Shown: positions 53,482 to 62,071 of the stretch, in pieces | Numbering within the stretch: the stretch's first letter is position 1 | Layout: each line of letters begins with the position of its first letter | IMG/VR virus record: IMGVR_UViG_3300031992_000005 | Span: 96,001 to 160,000 of that record | Strand: one strand, 5' to 3' | Source: a virus | DNA length: 64,000 nucleotides | The notes under the pieces: model-generated | Told to the model about the DNA's origin: nothing | Databases searched by the model: none | What the model saw: only the letters and a program-made list of their open reading frames with translations | Made by a program: the position numbers and the translations under genes

Positions 53482-54153
53482 ATGATAATTAAAAAGAGGC
53501 AGGTGGGTATAGATAGGATGATAACATTAAATCCCGTTCTTGGTTGTCCGATTGGCTGTCCTTATTGTTATGCCAGGAAGATGAATCAGAGATTTAAGTT
53601 TACGCCAGACTTTTCTATACCTACTAAGATGCCTAATGCCCTGAATAGGTTAAAGACTATTCATAACAAAGATATATTCATGACCTCCATGTCAGATTTC
53701 AGTTATTGGGATCCGGAGTGGAGAGAGCAAGTTTTTGAAGAAATGAAGAAAAATACTAGTAACCAATACTTATTCCTAACAAAGAACCCAAAAGGCTTAG
53801 CAGGTTTTGACTGCTCTACCTTCCCGAATGTTTGGATAGGCGTGACGGTTACTAGGAATATGGATTTACATAGATTAACTGAAATCCTAAGTTCAGTTAA
53901 GGCTAGACATTATTGGATTACTTTCGAGCCACTTCATGAAGATATTAACCCAATTCCCCTTAATGTAAAGAAGAGGTTTGATTGGATCGTAATTGGAGAT
54001 GAAACGGGTAATAGAGCGGGGAAGATTGTGGCAAAGGATAGTTGGATTTTGAACCTGGCCAATCAATTCCCTAATACACCTGTTTGTATGAAGGAAAGAC
54101 TACAAGATAGCCTTGGTGATGAGTGGAGAAACGAATATCCTAGCGAGTTTTAA
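53482..54153 (+). CDS. DUF5131 (phage Gp37/Gp68) family protein with CX3CX2C motif
   Basis: TLNPVLGCPIGCPYCYARKMNQRF matches the family N-terminal signature (WNP..GC...S.GC..CYA) as I recall it. Cys spacing is C-x3-C-x2-C. Confidence 0.65.
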   Translation: MIIKKRQVGIDRMITLNPVLGCPIGCPYCYARKMNQRFKFTPDFSIPTKMPNALNRLKTIHNKDIFMTSMSDFSYWDPEWREQVFEEMKKNTSNQYLFLTKNPKGLAGFDCSTFPNVWIGVTVTRNMDLHRLTEILSSVKARHYWITFEPLHEDINPIPLNVKKRFDWIVIGDETGNRAGKIVAKDSWILNLANQFPNTPVCMKERLQDSLGDEWRNEYPSEF

Positions 54154-54157
54154 GAAA

Positions 54158-54868
54158 ATGGTAATATTCAGAGAGCTTGATTTTAAAAAAGTATTAAGCT
54201 ATGTAAAACAGTATAAGTCAGTCCCTGTTTTTGCCTTTACTTACAAAGGAGGAGTGACTTCAACTGGTTTATGGATGGAAGGGAACTATACTCCAGATAT
54301 GAAGGAGTTTGTGAAAGGACTTTTGGAGAAATTTGATTATCAATTCTGTTATGGTTGGGTAAACGAAACTATATATAAGTTTTGTGATGTATATTCTTTG
54401 ATTGATCCAGAGAAAAGACAACCTGGAGATAAAGTGAAGTTATTGTTCCAGCCGACGGGGAGAGTTAAGCTTACGCCTCTTACTGAATTTAAACCAGAAC
54501 ATTTCTTATTTCACTGTACAAGCAAAGAAAATTTAAAGTCCATTCAGGATAATGGTTTAATACCTATGGCGAGAGATAGGGGATACAAATACCCACCTCT
54601 TGTGCATCTGTTAATTAAGCCGTACCACATGGTGAGTCTCTCTGGAAATAAATTGGTCGGTGTAAGTAATTGGAAAACAGACTTAATTTTATTTAAAGTT
54701 AATCCTAATAATTATAAGTTTATGCCGGATCCTGCTTTTGAGTGGGGGCTAATTACGAAAGATAGAATCTTACCAGAGGATATCGAATTAATTTCACCAA
54801 AAGAATATAAGTATTATTTTAATTATAATAACTACGATAATACTCTTTTGACAAAAGTTAGATTATAA
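54158..54868 (+). CDS. Hypothetical protein; C-terminal part weakly similar to the Tpt1/KptA NAD-binding (ADP-ribosyltransferase-fold) lobe
   Basis: FLFHCTSKENLKSIQDNGLIPMARDRGYKYPPLVHL compares with KptA [28 protein letters not shown]. The N-terminal RNA lobe motifs (RH.P, QGHS) are not evident. Confidence 0.6.
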   Translation: MVIFRELDFKKVLSYVKQYKSVPVFAFTYKGGVTSTGLWMEGNYTPDMKEFVKGLLEKFDYQFCYGWVNETIYKFCDVYSLIDPEKRQPGDKVKLLFQPTGRVKLTPLTEFKPEHFLFHCTSKENLKSIQDNGLIPMARDRGYKYPPLVHLLIKPYHMVSLSGNKLVGVSNWKTDLILFKVNPNNYKFMPDPAFEWGLITKDRILPEDIELISPKEYKYYFNYNNYDNTLLTKVRL

Positions 54869-55971
54869 TGAGTGATTTTAGGAGAAGAACAGTTATAGCG
54901 AAAAAGCCTTATGATGCTGAGATTGAGTATTTGGAGACTACTGGAACACAATGGATCGATACACTAATTGTCCCTACAGTAAACGAGAATACTGAAGTAA
55001 TTGCAATTGTTTGTCCAACAGCTACAGGTTCATACTATTTTGGTTCTAATTTTAACTTAAATGTTCAAGCATCGACGGAAGGATGGAGAGTAAATGGTTA
55101 TCAGACGGATCATAGTGTTTTGATAGATTCTTTTACAACAATTTCCCTTAAGCAAACTACTTCTGGACGTTATTATAATATAAATAATACAACAGAAGGG
55201 TATGGTAATAAACAAGCGGGTGCAAATAATTTTATAATAGGTGCTTTAGGAGGTGCTGTTGGACAATATAAATTTAAGGGGAAATTTAGAGGTGTTATAA
55301 TTAAAGAGAATGAAATCGTAGTTCGTGATTTAATTCCCGTTAGAATAGGTCAAGTTGGCTATATGTATGACAAAGTAAGTGGTCAACTATTCGGCAATAG
55401 TGGAACGGGGGATTTTGTGTTGGGAGAAGATATTGTAGAGATTGAATATCTTGAGACTACGGGAACTCAGCAGATTATGACGAATTTTGTAGTAGATAAT
55501 ACCATAGATATTGATACTTCTGTTATGTTCTTAGATTTATCCAAACAGTCGAGTATTTGTTTTTCGTTTAATGAAGAGAATAGAACTTGTTTTGGTGTAT
55601 TTAAAAGTGCATCTACTAATATTGGGTTTTACTTTGGTAATAGTAATGCAGTAAATCTATTTACTCCAACAGTTAATACTAAGTATAAATTTTCGACGAA
55701 TAAGAACATATTATATATAAATGATACACGTAAATCTACATTAACAGACAATACATTCGTTGGTTTTACTCCTTTGGGTTTATTGCAAAATAATATTCAA
55801 AATATACAAGCAAGTTTTAGGATGTATTATTTTAAAGCAACCTCCGATAATGGTAATTTAGATTTTAAACCAGTCCGCTTAGGCACCATTGGTTATATGT
55901 ACGATAAAGTTTCCCACCAACTTTTCGGCAATAGTGGCACAGGCAATTTCATTCTTGGTCCCGACTTATAA
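54868..55971 (+). CDS. Tail-fibre-like protein made of two tandem homologous domains
   Basis: Each half begins (A/V)EIEYLETTGTQ(W/Q)I. Each half ends P-V-R-(I/L)-G-x-(V/I)-GYMYDKVS-x-QLFGNSGTG-x-F-(V/I)-LG. Confidence 0.7.
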   Translation: MSDFRRRTVIAKKPYDAEIEYLETTGTQWIDTLIVPTVNENTEVIAIVCPTATGSYYFGSNFNLNVQASTEGWRVNGYQTDHSVLIDSFTTISLKQTTSGRYYNINNTTEGYGNKQAGANNFIIGALGGAVGQYKFKGKFRGVIIKENEIVVRDLIPVRIGQVGYMYDKVSGQLFGNSGTGDFVLGEDIVEIEYLETTGTQQIMTNFVVDNTIDIDTSVMFLDLSKQSSICFSFNEENRTCFGVFKSASTNIGFYFGNSNAVNLFTPTVNTKYKFSTNKNILYINDTRKSTLTDNTFVGFTPLGLLQNNIQNIQASFRMYYFKATSDNGNLDFKPVRLGTIGYMYDKVSHQLFGNSGTGNFILGPDL

Positions 55972-55985
55972 TCTTGATATAATAT

Positions 55986-57305
55986 ATGAATAGAGATAAA
56001 TATTTCAATCTTTTTGATTCGCACAATGATTATATTAGTGCGAAGAATAATTTAAAGAAGCCAAATATAAGTTATTGTGAGGATGTAGGTGTACTATACA
56101 ATCCTTGGACTTGGGAAGAGGAATATTTAACTACGGAGGCGCTTGAGAGCGGTACGATTTCTTTTGAGATAGGAAAGAATGTAACGGTTAATGACTTAGC
56201 TTCCGTTTCTTATTCCAAAGATTCTGGTGAAACATGGACTACCACAGAAAATACTAGGGGAAGAACAAATACTCTCACAATTTCAGTATCAGTTGTTGCT
56301 GGTGATAATGTAATATGGAAAGGTTCAGGGGATCGAGTATCAGTTGGAGAAGGAATTGGAAGTTATTCTAGGTTTGGAACAACTGGAAATATAAATGTAA
56401 AGGGAAATATAATGTCGCTTATTTATGGCGATGATTATAAGGGCCAGACCGACCTTAGTGGGAAGATTGATTGTTTTACTAAGCTTTTCACAAGTTCTAA
56501 AGTAGTTAGTGCTGAGAATTTATCCTTACCTGCCATGACATTGGAAGAGAATTGTTATAAGAAACTGTTTTCTTCCTGTGGTAGCTTAGTAACGGCACCT
56601 AAACTCCCGGCTACAACATTAGCAACTAACTGTTATAATAGTATATTTGATGGTTGTACTAGTTTAACGTCAGTACCAGAACTTCCTGCTACAACATTAG
56701 CAAGTGGCTGTTATAGTTACATGTTTAGCGATTGCTCCAGTCTTGTTGAAGCCCCAGAATTACCAGCCCTTACCTTAGCAGATAATTGTTATAATGGCAT
56801 GTTTAGTGGATGTTCTGGTCTTATAAAGGCGCCTAGACTTATTGCCAATGAATTAGAGATGGGCTGTTATAGTTCTATGTTCGCTGATTGTACCAGTTTA
56901 GTGGTAGCTCCTAAACTCCCAGCTACAGTAATGGAATGGGGATGCTATACGGAAATGTTCGTAGGCTGTACTAGTTTAGTAGAGGCCCCACAACTTCCAG
57001 CCATGACTTTGGAGGAAGATTGCTATGGCAGTATGTTCATGGATTGTACAAGCCTAGTTAAAGCTCCAGACCTACCTGCTACTGTATTGGCAAATTATTG
57101 CTATATGTCCATGTTCTTTGGATGTACTAGCCTAAATTACATTAAGGTAATGGCAACGAGTATTAATCGAGATGTGCACTTAGGCGAAGAATGGATGGGA
57201 GATGTTCCAGCAACAGGAACATTTGTGAGAAATAAAGATGCAACGTGGCCAATTCAACCTAATTATGGTATTGTGCCACGAGGATGGACCGTAATAAATG
57301 AATAA
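55986..57305 (+). CDS. LRR-like repeat protein, putative tail fibre, class II N-terminal module
   Basis: About 9 repeats of ~24 aa read LPATTLAxNCYxxMFxGCTSLVxAPx. The N-terminus is homologous to that of 14114-15472. Confidence 0.75.
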   Translation: MNRDKYFNLFDSHNDYISAKNNLKKPNISYCEDVGVLYNPWTWEEEYLTTEALESGTISFEIGKNVTVNDLASVSYSKDSGETWTTTENTRGRTNTLTISVSVVAGDNVIWKGSGDRVSVGEGIGSYSRFGTTGNINVKGNIMSLIYGDDYKGQTDLSGKIDCFTKLFTSSKVVSAENLSLPAMTLEENCYKKLFSSCGSLVTAPKLPATTLATNCYNSIFDGCTSLTSVPELPATTLASGCYSYMFSDCSSLVEAPELPALTLADNCYNGMFSGCSGLIKAPRLIANELEMGCYSSMFADCTSLVVAPKLPATVMEWGCYTEMFVGCTSLVEAPQLPAMTLEEDCYGSMFMDCTSLVKAPDLPATVLANYCYMSMFFGCTSLNYIKVMATSINRDVHLGEEWMGDVPATGTFVRNKDATWPIQPNYGIVPRGWTVINE

Positions 57306-57308
57306 AAT

Positions 57309-58484
57309 ATGAATGTAAATGATTGTTTCTCCCATGAATTAGGTGGAGATACTTTAAGTGAATATATCTATTCAAATGTGAAGAAAAGAACAAAAGGAGA
57401 TTACTTCCCAGCTAAAAATAGCGAAGACCTGATCGGAGAAGGGGGAGGGGGAGATAGTGAAGAACCCATAGAAACTGTACCTAATAATATGATTAGGTAT
57501 TATGCCCCTGAAATATTACCAGAAACAACAAGTAATAAAAATGTAGGAATTCACATTAATGCCTTCAATACTACTGTTATCTCACATACATTTGAAGATG
57601 GGGTTGGTATAGTAGAATTTGAAGGAGATGTAACAGATATTGGAGATAAGGCGTTTTATCAATGTGGAAATATAACAAAATTAGTCTTACCAAAAAGTAT
57701 AACTAGTATTGGGAATAGTTCTATAAGTGGCTGTCAAAAATTAATAAGTATTAATATTCCAAACGGTGTTACTAGTATTGGTGATGGTGCGTTTCATTAT
57801 TGTTGGAGACTGACTAAGATCATAATTCCAACTAGTGTTACTAGTATTGGTAGTAGTGCATTTAGTCAAGATTTTTTTTATGTAGGTAATTTCATTAATA
57901 ACAGTTCTCTTGATGCAGAAGCTAATAACTATTGGAAAGCTACTTTAGCGGATATTGAAATGAACGACGGTATATTAATGAAAAATAATGAAATTGTATT
58001 GTTTAGAGGTAATAATACGGATATTATAATACCTAGTGGTGTAACTAGTATTGGTGAGTATGCATTTAGTGGTGATTCGTATGGTGGTGGTGATCTTGTA
58101 AGCATAACAATACCAAACAGTGTTACAAATATAGCTGCTTCTGCATTTAATACTTGCAAAAGTTTGACTAGTATAACAATTCCTAATTCTGTAACTAGTA
58201 TTGGTTATAATGCATTCGGTGGTTGTAGAAACATGACAGCAGTAGTTATTGGAACTAGTGTAACTGATATGGGTGAAATGGTATTTTGTGATTGTAATAA
58301 TTTATCTAGTGTAACAGTATTAGCTACAACTCCACCCACACTTGGGTCATATCATGGTCAATACTCGAATTTTTCTAATACAAACGATTGCCCTATCTAT
58401 GTTCCAGCTGCCAGTGTAGATGCGTATAAATCTGCCCAAGGCTGGAGTACCTATGCTAGTAGAATTCAAGCAATTTCAGAATAA
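57309..58484 (+). CDS. BspA-type LRR protein, putative tail fibre, class I N-terminal module
   Basis: MNVNDCFSHELGGDTLSEYIYSNVKKRTKGDYFPAKNSEDLIGEGGGGDSEEP is nearly identical to the N-terminus of 11764-14097. LRR_5 repeats are present. Confidence 0.8.
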   Translation: MNVNDCFSHELGGDTLSEYIYSNVKKRTKGDYFPAKNSEDLIGEGGGGDSEEPIETVPNNMIRYYAPEILPETTSNKNVGIHINAFNTTVISHTFEDGVGIVEFEGDVTDIGDKAFYQCGNITKLVLPKSITSIGNSSISGCQKLISINIPNGVTSIGDGAFHYCWRLTKIIIPTSVTSIGSSAFSQDFFYVGNFINNSSLDAEANNYWKATLADIEMNDGILMKNNEIVLFRGNNTDIIIPSGVTSIGEYAFSGDSYGGGDLVSITIPNSVTNIAASAFNTCKSLTSITIPNSVTSIGYNAFGGCRNMTAVVIGTSVTDMGEMVFCDCNNLSSVTVLATTPPTLGSYHGQYSNFSNTNDCPIYVPAASVDAYKSAQGWSTYASRIQAISE

Positions 58485-58488
58485 TTAA

Positions 58489-59058
58489 ATGAAAATACGT
58501 TATATGAATTCCCAGATAGAGTTTCATGAAAAATATATGGATGATTTTTTAAATGCCGATGAAGAAGGCATGAAGATCGCCGTAATGGATCGAACAGAAG
58601 CTCTATATGGTGGAGATTGGACCATAGATAAAGAGTGGTGTGATGAGAATGGAGTACCGTATTCACAAGGTAAACTTATTCAAAATACTGGATGTATTAT
58701 TGCAGTGAAAGGAAACGTTCTTCTTGATATAAAAAAGAAGTTTACTGGTGGGGAGTGTCTTTGTGATATTTTCTCCAAGAAGCTTGTTCAGTATTTTAAA
58801 GACAGGGGCATGAATTCGGTAAGGCAAGATAATAATGATGTATTGGTGGATGACTTTAAGGTTGCTAGTGGTGCTGAGGTTACTTTACCTGGGGGATATC
58901 ATTATATAGCTTACCAGATTTCAATAAATCAGGACCTTGATATAATAAAACACGCTTGCTTAAAGCCAATGGTGAAAGTACCAAAAGCATTAAGTGAGTA
59001 TGGTATTACTACAGAGGAAATGGTTAAGTTTTGTGAAGATTATTGGTTAAATGTTTAA
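58489..59058 (+). CDS. Hypothetical protein, weak similarity to BPL/LplA/LipB catalytic fold
   Basis: RQDNNDVLVDDFKVASGA resembles LplA GRNDLxxxxxKxSGSA. NTGCIIAVKGNVLLDI is similar to GGGAVxHDxGNxxF. The functional call is tentative. Confidence 0.55.
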   Translation: MKIRYMNSQIEFHEKYMDDFLNADEEGMKIAVMDRTEALYGGDWTIDKEWCDENGVPYSQGKLIQNTGCIIAVKGNVLLDIKKKFTGGECLCDIFSKKLVQYFKDRGMNSVRQDNNDVLVDDFKVASGAEVTLPGGYHYIAYQISINQDLDIIKHACLKPMVKVPKALSEYGITTEEMVKFCEDYWLNV

Positions 59059-59701
59059 TTTTGATTATAAAGGTTATAATTTTAGGTGTGATATAGGAAC
59101 AATGACACCCAAACAATATGAAAGACTAATCGATTTATTGGAGGACTTTAAGCCAAGAAATATATGTGAAATGGGTAGTGGTGAGTCTACTAAGATTTTT
59201 GAGAATTATAAATCAAGGACTGGTGCATCACTTTACTCAATCGAACATGATAAATTTTATGCTAGGGGGAATGCAGTTGTGTTTCCCCTAGTAGAAAAAA
59301 TAAACTTTAAAATCGGGGGAATTGATTTTGGAGATTGTTCAATTTATCGTGGCTTTGAAGAATGGCTAGGGTTACAGGGTAAGTTTGATTTAGTCTTTTC
59401 AGATGGGCCAAATGATACGTTGCCATATAATTATAATAACTTAGTTTATTCTAGAATTCAGGTTGTCGATTTTCCTATTCTAGATAAATTAAGTGATAAG
59501 TCTATAGTGATGTATCATGATTGTCAGTTGACAGAAGCAAAAAATACCTTAGAAAAATTTGAAGACGAATTATTAAAACGAGGATTTGCATTTAGTAAGG
59601 AGGAGATTGTTGAGGATAATATGGAAGTTGTTAAATACAATGAGAACATATTAGGCTTTTGCCCTAATCTCTTAATCTATAAATGTAATCGTGAAAATTA
59701 A
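59051..59701 (+). CDS. Class I SAM-dependent methyltransferase-like protein
   Basis: NICEMGSGESTKIF is motif I (E/DxGxGxS). DLVFSDGP is the post-II/III block, as in Methyltransf_24-type enzymes. Confidence 0.55.
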   Translation: MFNFDYKGYNFRCDIGTMTPKQYERLIDLLEDFKPRNICEMGSGESTKIFENYKSRTGASLYSIEHDKFYARGNAVVFPLVEKINFKIGGIDFGDCSIYRGFEEWLGLQGKFDLVFSDGPNDTLPYNYNNLVYSRIQVVDFPILDKLSDKSIVMYHDCQLTEAKNTLEKFEDELLKRGFAFSKEEIVEDNMEVVKYNENILGFCPNLLIYKCNREN

Positions 59702-59706
59702 TAGCA

Positions 59707-60699
59707 ATGATTATAAACGATAATTTTACAAGTAATTCTTGTGGGAACAATGTTCTAACAGAATATTATTACGATAAAGTAAGGCGTCATCTTAAGGGTG
59801 ACTACTTTCCTCCAAAGAACAGCGAGGACTTAATTGGTTATGTCGCTGGTGAAGGGGAAGAAGGTGAAGGTGAAAATAATGGCCCACAATTATTAGATTA
59901 CCTCTTCACTGATGGAACTTTCGGTTCTGAGATTGGAGATAAGGTGCCAGTTGGTATATGTGTAGCCCCTGCCAGTCATTTTGCTGATGGTAAGGCTAGA
60001 TTTATGTCATTGAAAGAAATGTCGGCCAGTGATACAGCTGGAACCACTGAACATACTAGCCTAGGATGGGGAACTGCTAATACAGATGCTGGTTTGACTA
60101 AGTATTCATCTGTGGCAGTTGTTGACAGTGAAGGTGCACTTAAAGGTGTTAACCAGAATTATGGTTTTATTCCTTCCAAGAGAGCTGAATGGAGTTCTGC
60201 TTCACAGCCGGCAGCAAGACCAGTTGAAGGAGTATATTATGCAGGTAATATGGACCCTAATAATCCATCTCCTTATCCATTCTTGGCTGATGGTTCATTA
60301 AATCCCGATTATTCTGCTACAGAATTTGATGGTTCGCCAATTGTGAATATGCTGAGTGATGTCAATGGTGCTGCAAATACTACAACCTTGGTAGGTTTGG
60401 GCAGTGATTATGTAGCTGCCAATGCATGTCATAATTTCGCCCCAGGAGTACATGATGGAGAATGGTATCTCCCAGCAATAGGTGAGCTTGGATATATGAT
60501 AGCATTATACGATGACATTAATGCTAAGATTACAGCTGCTGGAGAAGGTAATGGAGTTGTAGTTGCTCCTAGTAACTTTTATTGGTCTTCTACTGGGGTT
60601 AGTGAGAGTGGTGCTTGCAATCTGCGTATGAATAACGGTTACGTGGGCAACCTCGATAAGACGGGTACGCCTTACGTTCGTGCCTTTTTAGCTCTATAA
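59707..60699 (+). CDS. Tail-fibre-like protein: class I N-terminal module plus DUF1566 (Lcl-like) C-terminal domain
   Basis: The N-terminal MIINDNFTSNSCGNNVLTEYYYDKVRRHLKGDYFPPKNSEDLIG is homologous to the class I module. The C-terminal GEWYLPAIGELGYM...FYWSSTGVSESGA...YVRAFLAL fits the DUF1566 pattern (W.LP...EL ... yWSS ... vR). Confidence 0.7.
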   Translation: MIINDNFTSNSCGNNVLTEYYYDKVRRHLKGDYFPPKNSEDLIGYVAGEGEEGEGENNGPQLLDYLFTDGTFGSEIGDKVPVGICVAPASHFADGKARFMSLKEMSASDTAGTTEHTSLGWGTANTDAGLTKYSSVAVVDSEGALKGVNQNYGFIPSKRAEWSSASQPAARPVEGVYYAGNMDPNNPSPYPFLADGSLNPDYSATEFDGSPIVNMLSDVNGAANTTTLVGLGSDYVAANACHNFAPGVHDGEWYLPAIGELGYMIALYDDINAKITAAGEGNGVVVAPSNFYWSSTGVSESGACNLRMNNGYVGNLDKTGTPYVRAFLAL

Positions 60700-60712
60700 G
60701 ATTTAAAGAATT

Positions 60713-60985
60713 ATGTTACAGAATATTTTAGGTTGTAGATTTTTATCTGCAATTATATCCTTCATTGTCACTTTCCTTGTGGTTGGTGAGCAGGCAGGAT
60801 ATACAGAAACAGCTCCTAATATAACTTTTGGCTTAGTTCTAGGAGCATGTATTAGTGTTTTTATAGAATTTGCCAGATGGGGAGTTCTTGATAACTTAAT
60901 GGCTGGTAAATTTCAAGCAACAAACTTATTACTTGGCTTATTGGGTGCTGGCTTAGGTTCAGCACTAGCAGTACTTATTAACTAA
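60713..60985 (+). CDS. Small membrane protein (about 3 TM helices); holin candidate
   Basis: Three hydrophobic segments are present in 90 aa. It is paired with the next membrane ORF. Confidence 0.6.
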   Translation: MLQNILGCRFLSAIISFIVTFLVVGEQAGYTETAPNITFGLVLGACISVFIEFARWGVLDNLMAGKFQATNLLLGLLGAGLGSALAVLIN

Positions 60986-61005
60986 TAACTTAAAGGGTGT
61001 CAATT

Positions 61006-61359
61006 ATGAAACGTATTAAGCAATTTTTCAGGGATCTTATAAATTACCTTGGCACCTTCCCAAATGTATTTAGTGAAAATAGTACAAAGTTATTAGCTCT
61101 CTTAATCTCTGCAATAACTGGTGGTTTTCTCGTAGCCATTGTAATTCCACTAATCCTAATTTGGGATGTAGCAGTTAATGGTTATATTAAGACTGATCTT
61201 ATTGACCTTGGTATCTTTTTGCTTTGTGTTGGGGGATATGTTTTTGGTGCAGGAGCTACAGTAAAGGTTCCTGACTTAGAGAATCTCAACAAAGAGAGTA
61301 AGAGGCATCGGAGATTAAAGGAGGAAGTAGAAGACACTTGTGAAGGGGAAGATGAATAA
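61006..61359 (+). CDS. Small membrane protein (2 TM helices, charged C-terminus); holin/antiholin candidate
   Basis: The start is set at ATG 61006. TM segments are LLALLISAITGGFLVAIVIPLILIW and LGIFLLCVGGYVFGAGA. The tail is acidic/basic. Confidence 0.6.
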   Translation: MKRIKQFFRDLINYLGTFPNVFSENSTKLLALLISAITGGFLVAIVIPLILIWDVAVNGYIKTDLIDLGIFLLCVGGYVFGAGATVKVPDLENLNKESKRHRRLKEEVEDTCEGEDE

Positions 61360-61472
61360 GATCCCGGGGAGATAGTTCTTAGTGATAAGGACTATTTCTC
61401 TTTTCCCCGAAACGTAAAAAACTCCGGTATCCTCCGGGGAAGCTCTTATTTATAGTTATAAATTTTAGTTTT

Positions 61473-62069
61473 ATGGGAATTAGAAAAATATATTATGGTA
61501 TGAGTGGAGCATTTAAAGGTTCTACAATAAGACATGACTTAAAATTAAATCCCGACACTCAGGTAATGTATTCCGGCATAAAATCATGGAAGAAATTTCA
61601 TGAAAGCTTATTTAAAGACCTATTACCTCAGAGCGATCTTCATTTCAGCCTATTACACTTAGTTAGATTGGAGGAATTTATGTCGGGAAAACCAGAGAAT
61701 TTCATCATTGAGAGGGGTGTAACCGACTCCTTATTTTACAATTTATACAATGATGAGTATAATTCTAGCAAACCCTCAGAAGAGACAATTAAGAAGACTG
61801 TTGAGGCGGAGCAGAGTCTATTAGGGGGCATTGATAATTTAGAGAGGGTACTCTTAATTCAAGAGGATGTTGATTTTGTAAAGAACATTGTCTTTAAAGA
61901 AGAGTCTCGTGCAAAAACATTTAACTATGATCCAGACTATTATTTCCAACTCCAGAAAACCTATGTAGAGTTTACGATGACTCACAATAAAGTTGATAAT
62001 GTTGTCAGGATTAAGGATGCAAGAGAGTATATTCTTAATACTCTAGAAGAACAAATTAAATTTTTCTAA
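61473..62069 (+). CDS. Hypothetical protein, possibly nucleoside/nucleotide kinase-like with degenerate P-loop
   Basis: YYGMSGAFKGST is P-loop-like and IIERGVTDSLFY resembles the dNK ERS..sd..F block. It lies adjacent to nrdD. The functional call has low confidence. Confidence 0.55.
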   Translation: MGIRKIYYGMSGAFKGSTIRHDLKLNPDTQVMYSGIKSWKKFHESLFKDLLPQSDLHFSLLHLVRLEEFMSGKPENFIIERGVTDSLFYNLYNDEYNSSKPSEETIKKTVEAEQSLLGGIDNLERVLLIQEDVDFVKNIVFKEESRAKTFNYDPDYYFQLQKTYVEFTMTHNKVDNVVRIKDAREYILNTLEEQIKFF

Positions 62070-62071
62070 TT

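Noticed and set aside
13945-57470. Programmed site-specific inversion (shufflon-like) between the inverted N-terminal fibre modules
   Set aside because: No recombinase or invertase gene is seen in the window, and no short crossover-site repeats were identified. Homologous recombination or gene conversion remains possible and is reported under the fibre-module finding. A dedicated inversion system is not supported.
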